Assembly (NCBI GenBank): GCA_030265395.1
Contig: JARFYF010000094.1
Location: forward strand, 20,021,526 to 20,085,525
Length of the DNA: 64,000 bases
Reading direction: 5' to 3'
Source: Rhina ancylostomus
Taxonomy: Eukaryota
In this document: in pieces, positions 13,490 to 26,579 of the stretch
Position numbering within the stretch: position 1 is the stretch's first letter
Layout of the letters: each line of letters begins with the position of its first letter
Notes under the pieces: generated by a model
What the model saw: the letters and a program-made list of their open reading frames with translations, nothing else
Databases searched by the model: none
What the model was told of the DNA's origin: nothing
Translations under genes and position numbers: made by a program

Positions 13490-15648
13490 CATCACAGTTC
13501 GGGAGTGACCTGTTGCAAATGGAGGCAGCTGACTGGTAAGTAGCAACAGGGAAGTATTTCTACCTTTTTTTAAACTACTTTCATTTATAAAAATAAAAGT
13601 AAACGTAGGGACTTTAGATTGTAGTACACAGTTTTTGGAATGGCATAAAGTTCCAAGCAAAGTTGGAACTCTACACCGGAGGGAGTAACTACAGAGCTTA
13701 ATCATTGGATACTTCATATCATGATAGCTTGGCTCTGTAGCATCTTCCTCCTGCACTTTGCGGAAATGACAGGCATTTCCTGTGTACCCTGTTGCAGCTT
13801 CTGGCTGACTGCACAGCAGGATGGTGAATGGATTCGATATGGAGCATAATGGATGGCACATTTAGCGAGGTGATCACACTGCTAGCAATGGCTGTATGGA
13901 CAGAAAAGGGCTGGGTGACCCTTAGGCAGAGAAGTAGACACAGGCAGATGGCGTGGGAATCCCTTGCAGCCATTGCACTTTAATCAGGTATATCACCTTG
14001 AATATTATTTTGAGAGGGTGGATGGCTTCCCAACAGCCAAGGTTGCAGTATCACAGGTGGCACAATGGAAGGAAAAAGACAGGGAGAGCTCAAGTGATAG
14101 GAGATACAATTGGAAAGGGAGTAGTGACAAACAAGTATCCAGGATGGTACGTTTCCATGCCCCCCCCCCAGTGCGAGGGTTCAAGAATGTCTCAGAGCAG
14201 CTGCAAGACATTTTGAAGGGGGAGGGCGAACCACCAGTTGTCATGGTATATGTCAGTACCAACAACATACCTAGCAAAAGGGGTTGAGATCCTGCAATAT
14301 AAATTGAGGACTTAGGAACTAATTGAAAAGCAGGATCTCAAAGTAATAATGTCAGGATTACTTACTGTACTGTCTGCTAGTGAGTGTAGAACCAAAGAAT
14401 AAACCAGATGAAAGCATGGCTGGAGAATTGGTGCAGCAGAGAGGGATTTAGATTTCTGGGACATCAGGGTCTGTTTTGATCTGTACAAACAAGAAGGGTT
14501 ACGCCCAGGCAGGACTGGAACTGATATCCTCACAGGAGCACTTGTAGGTGCTGCTGGGGAGGATTTAGACTAGAATGGCAAGGTACGGGAACCTGAGCAG
14601 GGAGATTGAGGAGGAGGAAGCAAGGATAGAAATGAAAGAAAAAGTAACACTGGAATGTATCAAAATCAAAGCCAAGGAGCATTAGGGCCATAGTGCGAAA
14701 TGATGCTAAGGTGACTAAGAATGTTAAAAAGTCAAGCCTAGAGGCATTGTGTCTCAATGCATGGAGAAGACAAATTAACCACACAAATGGATGTAACTGG
14801 ATACGATATAGTTGCGATTGTGGAGACGTGACTGCGAGGTGACCGAGGATGGCAACTAAATATCCAGGTGTGTTCAATATTTACGAAGGACATGCGAAAA
14901 GGAAAGAAGGTGGAGTAGTAAGGAAGAGTGTTAGCTCAGAGAACCTTGAGGTATAACTTGTATGGGTGGAGTTAAGAAACGCCAAGGGGCAGAAAAGTGC
15001 TTTTATATACAGACCCCAAAACAGTAGTGGTGATGCAAGGGATGGCATTAAATGTGAAATTAAGGATGTATGCAATAAGAGTACAACAGTAATTATGAGT
15101 GATGTTAACTTACATACAGATTGAGCAAACCAAGTTAGCAATAAAAGGGTAGAGGAGGAATTCCTGAAGTGCATTTGTGATGGTCTCTGGACCAATACAT
15201 TGAAGAGCTAACTAGAAAAAAGGTCATCCTAGACTGGGTATATTGTAATGAAAAATGATTAATTAACAATGTTGTTATGCAGAGTACCTTGGGAAAGAAA
15301 GAGGATCTCATGGAAGACTATGACATTCTAATGGACCGAAAAGATTATGTGCAGGGAGGATGTTCCCAATAGTGAGCCCAGGACCAGAGGTCACAGTCTA
15401 AGGGGGTAAGCCCTTTGGGACTGAACTAAGGAGAAATTTCTCTACCGATAGAACACTGTTGAAGCCAAATCATTGGATATATTCAAGAAAAAAAAATAGA
15501 TAAAATTCTTAGGGCTAGAGGATCAAGGGATATGGAGAGAAAGCAGGAACAGGAAATTTGATCAGCCATAATCACATTGAATGATGGAGCAGGCTTGAGG
15601 GGCCAATCAATCTCCTCCTTCACCTACCGTCTATATCTCCATGTTTCC
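13490..15648 (+). mobile_element. CR1 LINE with 5' UTR, decayed ORF1 (SGNH-esterase type), ORF2 endonuclease and 3' end; RT domain absent
   Basis: ORF1-like: VIGDTI, VSEQLQDILKGEGEPPVVMVYVSTNNI (about 14090-14270). APE endonuclease-like: ALCLNA, DIVAIVET, WVELRN, IYRP, DQYIEELTRKKVILDWV (about 14740-15290). Then an abrupt jump at about 15300 to RGDLIE-like C-terminal sequence and the CR1 3' UTR. Confidence 0.85.
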
Positions 15649-17193
15649 CTGTCTTGATTCTAACTGGCCATAAATAATTTTATTCAAATGTGACTTACAC
15701 ATTCTTCTACTTTGAACAGTGTTCATATTTAAATTGCAACAGGAAGAGAATTATGGACCTCTGGACATGAGATATCTCTTAATCGAGGCTTATGGAGTAG
15801 TGTTGACAGTGTGTAAGTAGGTGCATGGTGAGGTGGAGGGGGTAGTGCTGTTGTTGGTTGGATGTAGCAAAGTGGCTTAAGGTTCTACTGTTTGTGGTAT
15901 TGAGTGTTGCATAGTGAAAGGGCAGAAGGTGCAAGTGCCAATTCAACACCATGAAAGCAGGTGCTCTGCAGGATTCACTTATGAAGGATTTCCAAAGTGT
16001 TAGGAAGTGGGAACCACTGAAGACTAGAGATGACAGGTGATAGGTGAGCAGATCTGGATAAACTGTAGCTCTGGATCAGCAACAGTGGAAATGAGGCAAA
16101 GATGAAGACTAAAAATTAAATCTTTTCAGTGTCAAGCTTCCCACATTCAAGTTCAGCCAGAGTAAGTAGCCAGGAAAACAGTCGGATTCAGAGGCTGAAG
16201 AACAGATTCTGGCAAAATGAAGATTTATTACATTAGATAAAATATAATTTGTCTAGTGAATTGTGCTGTTCCAAAATATTGAAGTATAGCACCTGGTGCT
16301 TCTTAGCAGGCAGGCTTATTGGAGTATGATTTGCCTCTTATCAGTATAGTGTGATAATACGATACATGTGTCTTTGCTCACCAATGTCTGCTGTACAGCT
16401 CTCTCAGCCATACCTGAACAACCCCCTAACTCCAGACCCTGGTCTTAATCAATCTCAACCTTGAGAGTTGTCACTTTCCTGCACTCAAGAACCCTTCTCT
16501 CCTTAAATGAAATGAAACAAAGGATGACTTTTCACTATCTTTAGGTTGTCTCACATGAGAATCAGTTTTCTGTCATAAATAATATCACTGATACTTTATA
16601 ATCTGAATAGCTACAGATAGGTTCTTCACCTGAACAGAAGGGCTGATTAATTCTTCAAAGCCATTAGCAACCAAAGCTTCACCAACTAGTGCTTTGGGCT
16701 TTTTGGAGATAATGAGTGAAATCATCATTGCTGTCAATTTTTTTAACCTCTGGTTCTTTCTTGGATTCCATCAGAAATATTTCAAAGGTATAATAGTCCT
16801 CAATATGTTAATTGCTTCAATAACCACCCATCAGCTGCAATACAGGTCTCTGAGGAAGTTGCATTCAGGCATCAAATTGTAGTTCTATTAAATTTGTGCA
16901 TGAGGGCATGGGACTGGACTACAATTGCAATCAATAATTCATTAATGATAACTGTCCAGGAATCCCAAGCCACATGTTCTTCAGGGTTAAAATCACCCTT
17001 TGAAAAAGAAAACTTATGAATGTATATGGAAATTGGGAAGGATTCTCTCACTATTTTCTCAGTACTGTGAGAGAAGTTTTTGAAAATTGTAATNNNNNNN
17101 NNNNNNNNNNNNNNNNNNNNNNNNNNNNNNNNNNNNNNNNNNNNNNNNNNNNNNNNNNNNNNNNNNNNNNNNNNNNNNNNNNNNNNNNNNNNN

Positions 17194-18064
17194 TTCATGA
17201 AATTCTGCGCCCATTTTTCTCTAAACATACCTTTCCTCATTGCAGCCAAAGTTTTATTTTAACTTAATCAGTCCACAGGACTGGTTTCCAAAATGCATCA
17301 GCCTTGTTTAGATGTTCCTTTGCAAACTTCTGATGCTGAACTTTGTGGTGAGGATGCAGGAAAGTTTGGAGAAAAAAGGGTGCAGAATTTCATGAAAAGA
17401 ACACTGCAACTTTTAAGCACGAGGGTGGATCATGCTTTGGGCTTGTGTTGCAACCAGTGGCATGGGGAACATTTCACTGGCAGAGGAAAGAATGAATTCA
17501 ATTAAATACCAGCAAATTCTGGAAGCAAACATCACACTTTTTTTTCAAAAAAATACTGAAGATGAGAAGAGGATGGCTTCTACAACAGGATAATGATCCT
17601 AAACACCTCAAAATCCACAATGGACTACCTCGAGGCACAAGCTGAAGGTTTTCCCATGGCCCTCAGTCCCCTGACCTAAACATCATTGCAAATCTGTGGA
17701 TAGACCTCAAAAGAGCAGTGCATGCAAGACGGCCCAAGAATCTCACAGAAATAGAAGCCTTTTGCAAGGAAGAATGGGCAAAAATTCCCCAAACAAGAAT
17801 TGTAAGACTCTTAGCTGGCTGCAGAAACTGTTTACAAGCTGTGTTACTTGCCAAGGGGGGTGTTACTAAGTATTGACCATGCAGAGTGCCCAAAATTTTG
17901 CTTTTGGGCCCTTTTCCTTTTTTGTTATTTTGAAATTGTAAAAGATGGAAATTAAAAAAAAGTAATCTTGCTTAAAATATTAAAGAACCATGTCTTTTAC
18001 TTGCTTAGCTATTCACAGTAAAAGAAATTTTGACCAGGGGTGCTGAAACTTTTGCATGCCACTG
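17194..18064 (+). mobile_element. Tc1/mariner (IR/DR type) DNA transposon remnant: C-terminal transposase plus right TIR
   Basis: Plus frames give WLLQQDNDPKH, SPDLNIIANLWIDLKRAVHARRPKNLTEIEAFCKEEWAKIP and a stop at 17874-17876. The TIR has two direct repeats (about 17878-17901 and 18034-18055) and ends cactg followed by TA (18065-66). Segment 17194-17363 is the upstream transposase part (FAKEHLNK..FWKPVLWTD) in inverted orientation. Confidence 0.9.
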
Positions 18065-20051
18065 TACATGTGACTAACAAATAAATATTTTGTGTGATTT
18101 TCATTTAAAAACCAAATGACCAAATCATTTAGAAATCAAATGTTGGTATGTAAGCAACACTAAGCGAAGAAAACATTTACCTTTCTGCTGATATCAAAAC
18201 TTGATGCTTTTGAACTGAATAAAAATGTAGCTCTCTAAGGCTTAGCTCAAGGTTATCTCATATTATATGGTCAGACAGCTGTAACAAATATGACCTACAT
18301 ATCAAGTGTTTCCACTGGTTAGAGTTTTGAGCACATTTTTAAGCCCAGTTATGTTTCTACATTCTGCACGTCTTTTGACAGACCTGATCTTGACAGTTAA
18401 TGAAAGATCATTTTTAAAATAAAAATGACTAGAAAATGTGTTTACTGATAAAAGCCATTATATGCTACTGATACGAGGAACATCCTAAATAGGTAGTAGA
18501 TATTGACATCCATATTGTGTTAACCATTAAGTTCTGCAAGTTTTAATTAGTGACAGATTGAAAGAATCTTTCAAATGTTCTTGGGATCCAGTCATTGTGT
18601 TGGTCAGAATAATGACAGGGAATTATGTTGAGACAGTGTACATAGTGTTCTGATCTCCATTTCAGTTATTGCAGGAACAAATCAGTGGTGATAGATTCCA
18701 ATAAGTATATTTCCTTGTATATGCTTACTCAGGGCTGATTTTCTTTGAAAATATTATACACTTTGACCACTTCTTAAGGGACCAGTAGGAGAATTAAATG
18801 TAAACAATCAGCATCATATGGAGTGTGATCAGATCCATTTGCTAAAAATTAACCTGCCATGAGCAAGATTTGAGAGGAGAATAATTCCATTCCTCATTCT
18901 CTCTGCACCACTCCTTAACACCCCTCTTACCTAGCCCCCACCTCTGTACCCTTAAGAGAGCTGTGGAAATAAAATATGAAACAGGACTACTGCAGAAGGC
19001 AGTTAATGCACTGTTGATTAACTTAAAAAAAAGACAACTGAATACATTTTAGATTGCAAATTAGATTAAAGGTCACAGGTATAAGTATGGTTAGAGATAA
19101 TCAAATATGGTGTGGAGCATAATAGCTTCTGTCCTGCTGTAGTCATGGAAATGTCATCCATGAAAAACAATCAATCAGAGATGAATATTAAATATTTAGG
19201 AACCAGTAGTTTACCAGAAATTTATTTGATTGCCTTTTGAGGCTTGACAAGAATTTTTTTAGAATTTACCAAAAGGCATTTCTCCCCATTTATTTATCTC
19301 AGATTTCACAATTGCCTCATATACTAGCTGGCTTGTTAACCTTTTTGCTTGCTTACTATGGATAAAATACATTTTACCCTCACCAATATCTTCCTTTTCC
19401 TCGTCCAAAATATTTGGAACCATTTCTCACAGAACCCAATCTGAAGTTGTGCTGATTTAAGTTGGTATGGCTTAACTGCCCATTCAGTACCATGTGTGAG
19501 CTTTGCAGTATTGGGAAAATTTATCTTTATCACCAACATTGAAATCATTCTTAAACACAGAATCAGATATGTTGAAAGAATGAATGTGAAAGTACTTTTC
19601 CCTTTTACAGTCAAAGGTTGTCTTATTTCACTTCAGAGTGATATTGACGTAGTATTAGTACCCAAAATAGGAAGAGATCATTAGAACCATGGAAACCTTT
19701 TGTAACTAAGTATACCACTGATCCAATCTTAATCATATGAGGAAATATTTTGATAAATTTGGGAAAAGAAGCTCTGGCTAATTCATCATAAATTCACCAA
19801 AGATTCAAGAGGCTGCAGTCAGCCACAATGCTTCCTAATCACAACAGAGGTGTTAATTTACCCTTCATAATTGGAAATATCCTCTTCTTCCAAAAACATG
19901 GGAAGTTCTTTTACAGAACAATGATGAAGCCATGCTCATTGTGCATTCAGTAATCAGTTCCAATGAGCACTTTGAGGGGAAATAATCATTCACAAACAAA
20001 CTATTTTCTCGTCCAAGTCTAAAATGTAATCACTTGCAATTAAAATTTTTA

Positions 20052-20155
20052 AAAAATAAAGACTTGCATTTATATAGTGTCATGCATGGCCATAGGACAT
20101 ATACGAGCATTTAACAATCAATGAACTATGTTCATTGTCATGTAAGAAAAGCACC
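20052..20155 (-). mobile_element. L2-type / Deu-SINE 3' tail fragment
   Basis: aaagacttgcatttatatagtg...caatcaatgaac is approximately the reverse complement of the tail at 58445-58560. Confidence 0.5.
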
Positions 20156-22409
20156 GTCATGTATTTTTTCCCAGCTACATTCCCACACTTCCCTCTTTGG
20201 CTTCCAGCACCAGGTTAGGTTTATAGTCTCAACTTTTTCTCATAACCTTTTTTCTCAGAGGTTACTTCAATCCAGACTTATCCCATGACCAGAAAGGTGA
20301 CAAGAAAGCCACTGATCTTTGGAATATAAGGAGCTGGTATTGAAAGTCAGGTTGCACTGGAAGTTTACTGCTTTTCCAGAGGTTATCTGAGGAATTTACT
20401 AAAAGGACTCCTAGTTCATTATTATAGAATACTGTTGATACTCTTGATAAAAACATTCAGCACTTAATTCCTGATCAATAACTTTCTTATTGACTGCAAT
20501 AATCCCAACTGATATGTCACTGGAGAGTAGTTACTAGAAGTTCTGTTGCATGTTGCATCAGAAAGTGATTTGAGAAAGGTTGACAACTCTGATTCTTTAT
20601 ATTGTGGAGTCCTGATTTAAGCCATGGCAGTGTGGGAAGTTACAATGTGAAGGGCAAGTAGTACCTCACAGGAAGAGGATAATATAAAATAATGACCCTG
20701 CATTCTGCTAAAAATAGTTCCATTTAAAAATCTGTCCTCATGGAAATTACTCATGTCCTTCTCGTAGATTGCGAAAAGGAAAATAAAACATTGGATTTTA
20801 GCTTAGTCAGTATCCCAAGCACAGCCATGTTATCAAAAAGAGGTCAAATAAACATGGAAACAGGGCCACAGATGAATTGTTATTGGCATTTAGCCATATT
20901 AGCAGTACCATTACTTGTTTGCTTACAGGCTTAGATTGAAAATCAAGGAAGATGGGGCTCATGTTTAATCTCTCTGTTGTAAAACAGAGTCCACTCAATA
21001 TTGGCAATCTAAAGGATCCATTTAAATGAGTTCAGGATGAAAGCTCAGCCTAAAAGAATTGCCCATTATGCAGCCTCAAACGTGTTCTAAATTGTAAATA
21101 GTAATATTTCTCATATCAACTCCATCTTGTCTTCAAATGGTCCAATTTGAGCAACTTAACAGAGACCAGCATACCATTTAGTCACTGTGGTTACATGGAT
21201 TGATACAATTACTTTAAAACTTAATTAGACTTCACCTTTAACCTTCCAAATGAATAAGCTGTTAACAAACACACACAGATGGTGTTTGCGAAGTTACATG
21301 CTAAAAGCGTCAGTCTGTCAATCTGTCAGACATATTACATGAAAAAGTTTGGGATATGAAAGCCAAAAATGCATAATTCCTCTGTTGGGAGTGAGTAATT
21401 ATTTGGAGATTTAGTTTCAAAGTCATTTCATTATATGAATGGAAAGAAAATCATTAGAAATTAAGCATAGTAAAGTTTGCATCCAAATCTTCAGTATTCA
21501 CCTGTAAAACATGCACAATATCAGGACTCTCATAATTTCAGTATTGTATTGTTTTTGTTAATATCGAGAGTATACAAAATCATTCACAGAATGTCACCTT
21601 CTCAGTATCTGTGAAACTTTGCTCAGAGTTTACAATAGAAATTACTCAACTCATGATATCTGATTGTAATATAACAGAGATTGCTTGATTCACGACACTA
21701 CGATTCAGTGCTGGAAAATTGAATATTATTATACTTTTGTCACCTAAAAATTGGATTAGTTAGCACAAAGTTTTTTCAGTGCAAACTCAGCTGGAAATCG
21801 ATGCTTTTACATGAAGGATGCACTTTATCTTTAAGAATCGTGTGGTTAAGGAAACTGGACCTAGCAATTCCAGTCGTGATATGTGCCAGTGCAGACCAAT
21901 GGTTAGGCAAGCAGAACACGTGTGCAATGATTTTAGTTTTTGTGAATGGTCTCAATTTTCTGTTTCAGAAAAAACGTAGGCCATTCACACATGTTGCCAG
22001 TTCTTGACCTAGTTCCTCTTTGCCATGGGGGCTTCTCTGCTGGTCCTGCTGGGTGTACTGGTCAAGCTGGAGGAAGTCCCTGGTAAACCATTGTAAGCAG
22101 AAGTGTTCCCCTCCTGTTCTTTGCCACAAGGGAAATTTTATTCTCCATGCTGAAATGACCTGGGTCTCCTTGTTCAATTGCTGTATACTTGCATATGTAC
22201 TTGAGTTGCTGAGAATGTATAAGAAGTAAGAGGGCAGCTGGAGATCTGGCTGCCATAGCAGGTTAGATGTCTGTGTGTGAGAGTTCAGGACTGAGGGGTG
22301 TAGGTAGTGGGCTGGTTGCGTTTGTCGGCAGGATGAGTAGGGGGCACTTAAAGCTATCAGGGCAATGACGTTGACAAAACCCATAGAATAATGCATCGAT
22401 GTGTTGGGC

Positions 22410-23008
22410 CCCTGGCCATCAACATCTCAAAGGATCTGTCTTGGGTCCAACACATTGATGCAATCATGAAGAAGGCACAACAGCGGCTCTACTTCATTAG
22501 GAAGAGATTTTGTGTGTCACCAAAGACTCTTGCAAATTTCTACAGATGTACAATGGAGAGCATTCTGACTGGTTGCATCACCGCCTGGTATGGAGGCTCC
22601 AATGTACAGGATCGAAAGAGGCTGCAGAGGGTTGTCGACTCAGCCAGCTCCAACACAGGCACACCCCTCACTGTCATAGAGGGCATCTTCAAGAGGCAGT
22701 GCCTCAAGAAGGCGGCATCCATCATTAAGGACCCTCAGTATCTGGGACATATTCTCTTCTCATTACTACCACTGGGGAGGAGACACAGGAGCCTGAAGAC
22801 CCACACTCAATGTTTTAGGAACAGCTTCTTCACCTCCACCCTCAGGTTTCTGAACAGTCCATGAACCCACGAACACTACCTCATTATTCCTCTTTTGCAC
22901 TATTTATTTATTTATGTAACATAGTAATTTTTATGTATTATACTGTACTGCTGCCACAAAACAATAAACCTCACAACATATGTCAGTGATAATAAACCTG
23001 ATTCTGAT
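22410..23008 (+). mobile_element. Rex1/Babar LINE, 5'-truncated (C-terminal ORF region and 3' UTR)
   Basis: ORF 22391-22864: ISKDLSW..HIDAIMKKAQQRLYFIR...LANFYRCTMESILTGCITAWYG...DRKRLQRVV...FSLLPLGRR.RS; 3' UTR ends aataaacctgattctgat. Confidence 0.9.
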
Positions 23009-24055
23009 AATGATTGAAAATGAATGCAGAGAAGCCTTCTAGTTAAAGTAATTCATGGGAAGTTTCCAAATCCAGGCTACCCTCAATGTCAACTGTTCTG
23101 GCTGAGCACAAAAGAAGGCCCTCTAAAAAACAGTGGGGTGAAGGGTGCAGAGCAGCTCAACTGAACTATTTTTACTGGGAGATAATGTTGAGCACTAATG
23201 TCCATAGTCATGAGTTACAATTGGGAAAACATCAGTTATCCAATGTGAGCACTTCTAGAATTGTCTATAACTTTCTAATTGGTCAATTAAACACAATCTT
23301 TCCCCACTCTGTTGTGGCATTTAGCTAAGATGGTAGGCCTCAGATTGTTAATAACTATAATCTTAAATTTTCCCTTTATGAATGACCACAAATAGGATCC
23401 TTAAGATGAATATTGTTTCAAGACAATGGCAAGGATGTGATTTACCTACTTGTCGTTAAATATTGTGACAGATATAGCCATATGTAAACACACACAAAGA
23501 AGACTGTTAAGCTGGGGTATTGCTTTATGAGTAGTGATATATGCAATTGCTATGCCTTGTGCACTGAATTAGATGCGAGATTACATTGATGCCAGGGTTA
23601 GAATGTACACAAACATAAAGCTAAGTCTTGTGTAAACGGCTCTCACTATAATGCTGCTCTTGAGTGCTGTACCTGATATCAGCAAATCTCCAACAAATGA
23701 TTAACATGATGTTTCTGCCTGTGTTGTTTTCAAATGATATTTACCACAAATTTGCCAAAGTCAAGACTCACGCATGAAAACGTTTTTATTAGGAAGTGTT
23801 TCAGAATTAGGAAAAGCTTGATTTCTTTAATTTGAAGAGGTGTTTCCATTTACTGTGCTGTCCTGCCTTGACAGAGGGAGAAGAACAATACGGTAGCATA
23901 CCACAGGGATTCCTTTCTAATTACATTTACAGTGAACTCTTTGCAATTGATGCATGTGGCTTCATTACAGTCCATTTATAGCTGATGTTGTAGAAAGGAA
24001 CTAAGCCCCTCATAAAAAGAAACATCCATCATATTTTTATTTTGTTGTTTTATAT

Positions 24056-24410
24056 GGCCATTCAGCCCATTGTGTATTTGCCAGCTTTCAGAGCCCTCCC
24101 CCACAACCTATTCTCTTTCACACACCCATCAAGCCTCAGTTCTGCTACCATCATGGTTAGCAAGGACTAGTTGGGTTTGAGAACACATTTCTATGTTGTA
24201 CAGCTCAATGACAAACATACACAAAGGGTAATTTAAAGGTGCAAACAAACCCACCAGCACTTCTTTGGAATCTGGGAGCAAAACACAGCACCTGAAGAAA
24301 CCCAAATGGTCACAGGGAGAACATGCAAACTCCACATGCAAAGTCAAGATCAAACCCAGGTTTATTGGAGCTGAGCAGCAGCAGCTCTGACTTCTATGCT
24401 GTTGTGTCAC
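24056..24410 (-). mobile_element. HE1-like SINE (V domain, CR1-like tail)
   Basis: Reverse complement of the pattern at 24942-25290: ggccattcagccc tail, gggagaacatgcaaactccaca V domain, decayed tRNA head at about 24340-24410. Confidence 0.75.
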
Positions 24411-24941
24411 TGTTATGGTACCACAATGTTTTTTTAAAATTTAATCTGTCAGCTATCTTATGTGGTGGAAATCTTTGCATTAAGTTGCTGCAAATTTCAC
24501 ATACATTGAGTTTATATTTGTTGGATATAAGCTCCAATGAGGAAACATCATTTCCAGAGAGGTTGAAATTTTTTGAAGCCTAGTTTTAGGCAGAATTGTA
24601 AATGCAAATATTAGTGTTCATGCTCTTTGTATCTCAGAAGGAAACTCATTACTACTTCAATAATGTCTCCATGATTGTACAAAATATAAACTAAGTGTAT
24701 GTGAAGTTTGCAGCAACTTAATGTGAGAAAGCAATTTACTCCATTGTGCTTTCTAATGGAACAGATTCCTATTAATATCTAAATGGATAAATGGTATGGT
24801 ATGGTAATCTATTGAAAATCTTAATTGAAAAATAAACTCTTTAGATTGTATTACTGGTTTAATTCTTAGAGCACTCCTGAACATTGGAAGGTATTGATGG
24901 GATGAGAAAACTGGAAACAGTACTTGAGCAACACTAATGGT

Positions 24942-25290
24942 GGGCAGCACAGTGGTGCAGCTAGTAGAGCTATTGCCTCACAGCTCCAGTAACCCAAGTT
25001 TGATCTTGACCTCTGGTGCTGTCTGTATGGAGTTTGCATATTCTCCATGACCATACAGGTTTCCCCCATATGCTCCAGTTTCCACTCACATCCATAAAAC
25101 ATGGATTGGTAGATTAATAGGCTGCTGTAAATTTCCCCTTGTATAGAATGGATGGTAGAATCAGGGATGAACTGATGGGAATGTGGGAAGAATAGGTTAC
25201 AGGTAAAGGTAGTGGGGGATTGGTATTTCTCTGTGAGCCAGCAGAGATTTGATGGCTGAATGGCATCCTTCTACGCTGTAAGGAAACATG
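24942..25290 (+). mobile_element. Full-length HE1-like SINE
   Basis: gggcagcacagtggtgcagctagtagagct..gcctcacagctccag tRNA head; tggagtttgcatattctcc V domain; 3' gatggctgaatggcatccttct tail shared with CR1 3' ends. Confidence 0.85.
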
Positions 25291-26579
25291 GAACATTATA
25301 GGCAATCTCTGATTTCCGATGTGATTAGATTTAAAAAGTGTGGATCATTGTCATACTTTATATTACTTCCTAGTTCAAAGTATTATACTTGAGAGGGGGA
25401 TGTGTTGATTATTCTGCTCTCTAACCAAACCTTCCACTTGAGACTTTTTTGTGTCTGAAGTGCCCAACTGATTTTCACAGGTTCACAACAAGCTTTCACT
25501 GCATCAGTGTAGTGTATTGATCCTTGAAATGAAAGAAGAGTGTCCAAATCCCTACATTTATGTTCCTTATCAAAGTAATCATATTAATGGAATAGAGAAC
25601 TCAGAAATCTTACAACCTTTGTGATTCATGCTCTTGAAGATGAATTGATGAGCTACCTTCTTGAATTATAGATTTAGTTATCCAGTCTGGCCTCAAATGC
25701 AGCAGTTTGTTGAAAGGATATTCAGCTGGGCAAGTTTACACCATAACCCCTCAAAAAAAGGCAGCAGATAAATGCTTGAAGGAAAATGGAAAAATGTAAC
25801 TGTTCATATGCAAGACTGATGAGCCAGTTAACATGTCTGGCTCACAAGAATTGATTCTTGATATTTTTTCATAAATATATAGAATTTGATGATCAGCCAA
25901 CATTCCTCTGAGCTGTCAGGACTGAGTCATCAGGAAGATAGAGAAGGAAAGGGAAGTTTAATTTTATGAAAGAAATGCACAGTGATAATTTGAGCACTGC
26001 ATCCAAACTGCATAACCCAATGAGATTGCAGCAGTGTTTTAATACATATGAATGTACAGTGGCTTAGGATGGACAGGTTCAGTAAAATAGGCACTCAGTG
26101 ATTATTCATATCAATTGAAGACAGACGTTCCTGTTTGTCCTGGAAAGGGAGTGGTAAAGACAGCCAGGTTGATCCAGAACATCTTGCTGGTGCAGTTGAT
26201 GCAGCTTCTCTCTCCCCCTACCCAGTGAGGAGTGGTTAGGGGGATTGGTGTCCTCTGAATCCCTTGCTTTTTTACTTAGTTGAATTTCACTCTCACATAT
26301 AAGCTATAATGAGAAAAAGTAATGGGGTCTTCCATTCTGCAATGTGGATTTATCCATGGTTTTATTTTACTTCTGTATAAGTTATTATATACAATTACTT
26401 AACTTTCATGGCATATAATATCTAGCTTCTATTTCATGCTTGTCTCAAATTCCTGCTGCTCTGTGACAAGCAAATAAAAGAGTTTGTCTTTGTTCAGTAC
26501 CTTGCTTCAGTATATCTTAAGTTTCATGGCTAACCTTTAAAACTTGTCACTAGGGCAAAGTTGAATAAACAGCAGCAGG

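Noticed and set aside
13337-13861. Longest gap-free ORF in the track (174 aa, minus strand)
   Set aside because: Antisense to the CR1 5' UTR/ORF1 region, with no recognisable domain.
21965-22396. 143-aa minus ORF, and a plus-strand acceptor-like ttttctgtttcag ending at 21968
   Set aside because: No recognisable protein in the frames examined, which stop early and show no convincing donor.
22391-22864. 157-aa ORF as a host gene
   Set aside because: It is the C-terminal region of a Rex1/Babar LINE ORF; a homolog is at 47978-48265.
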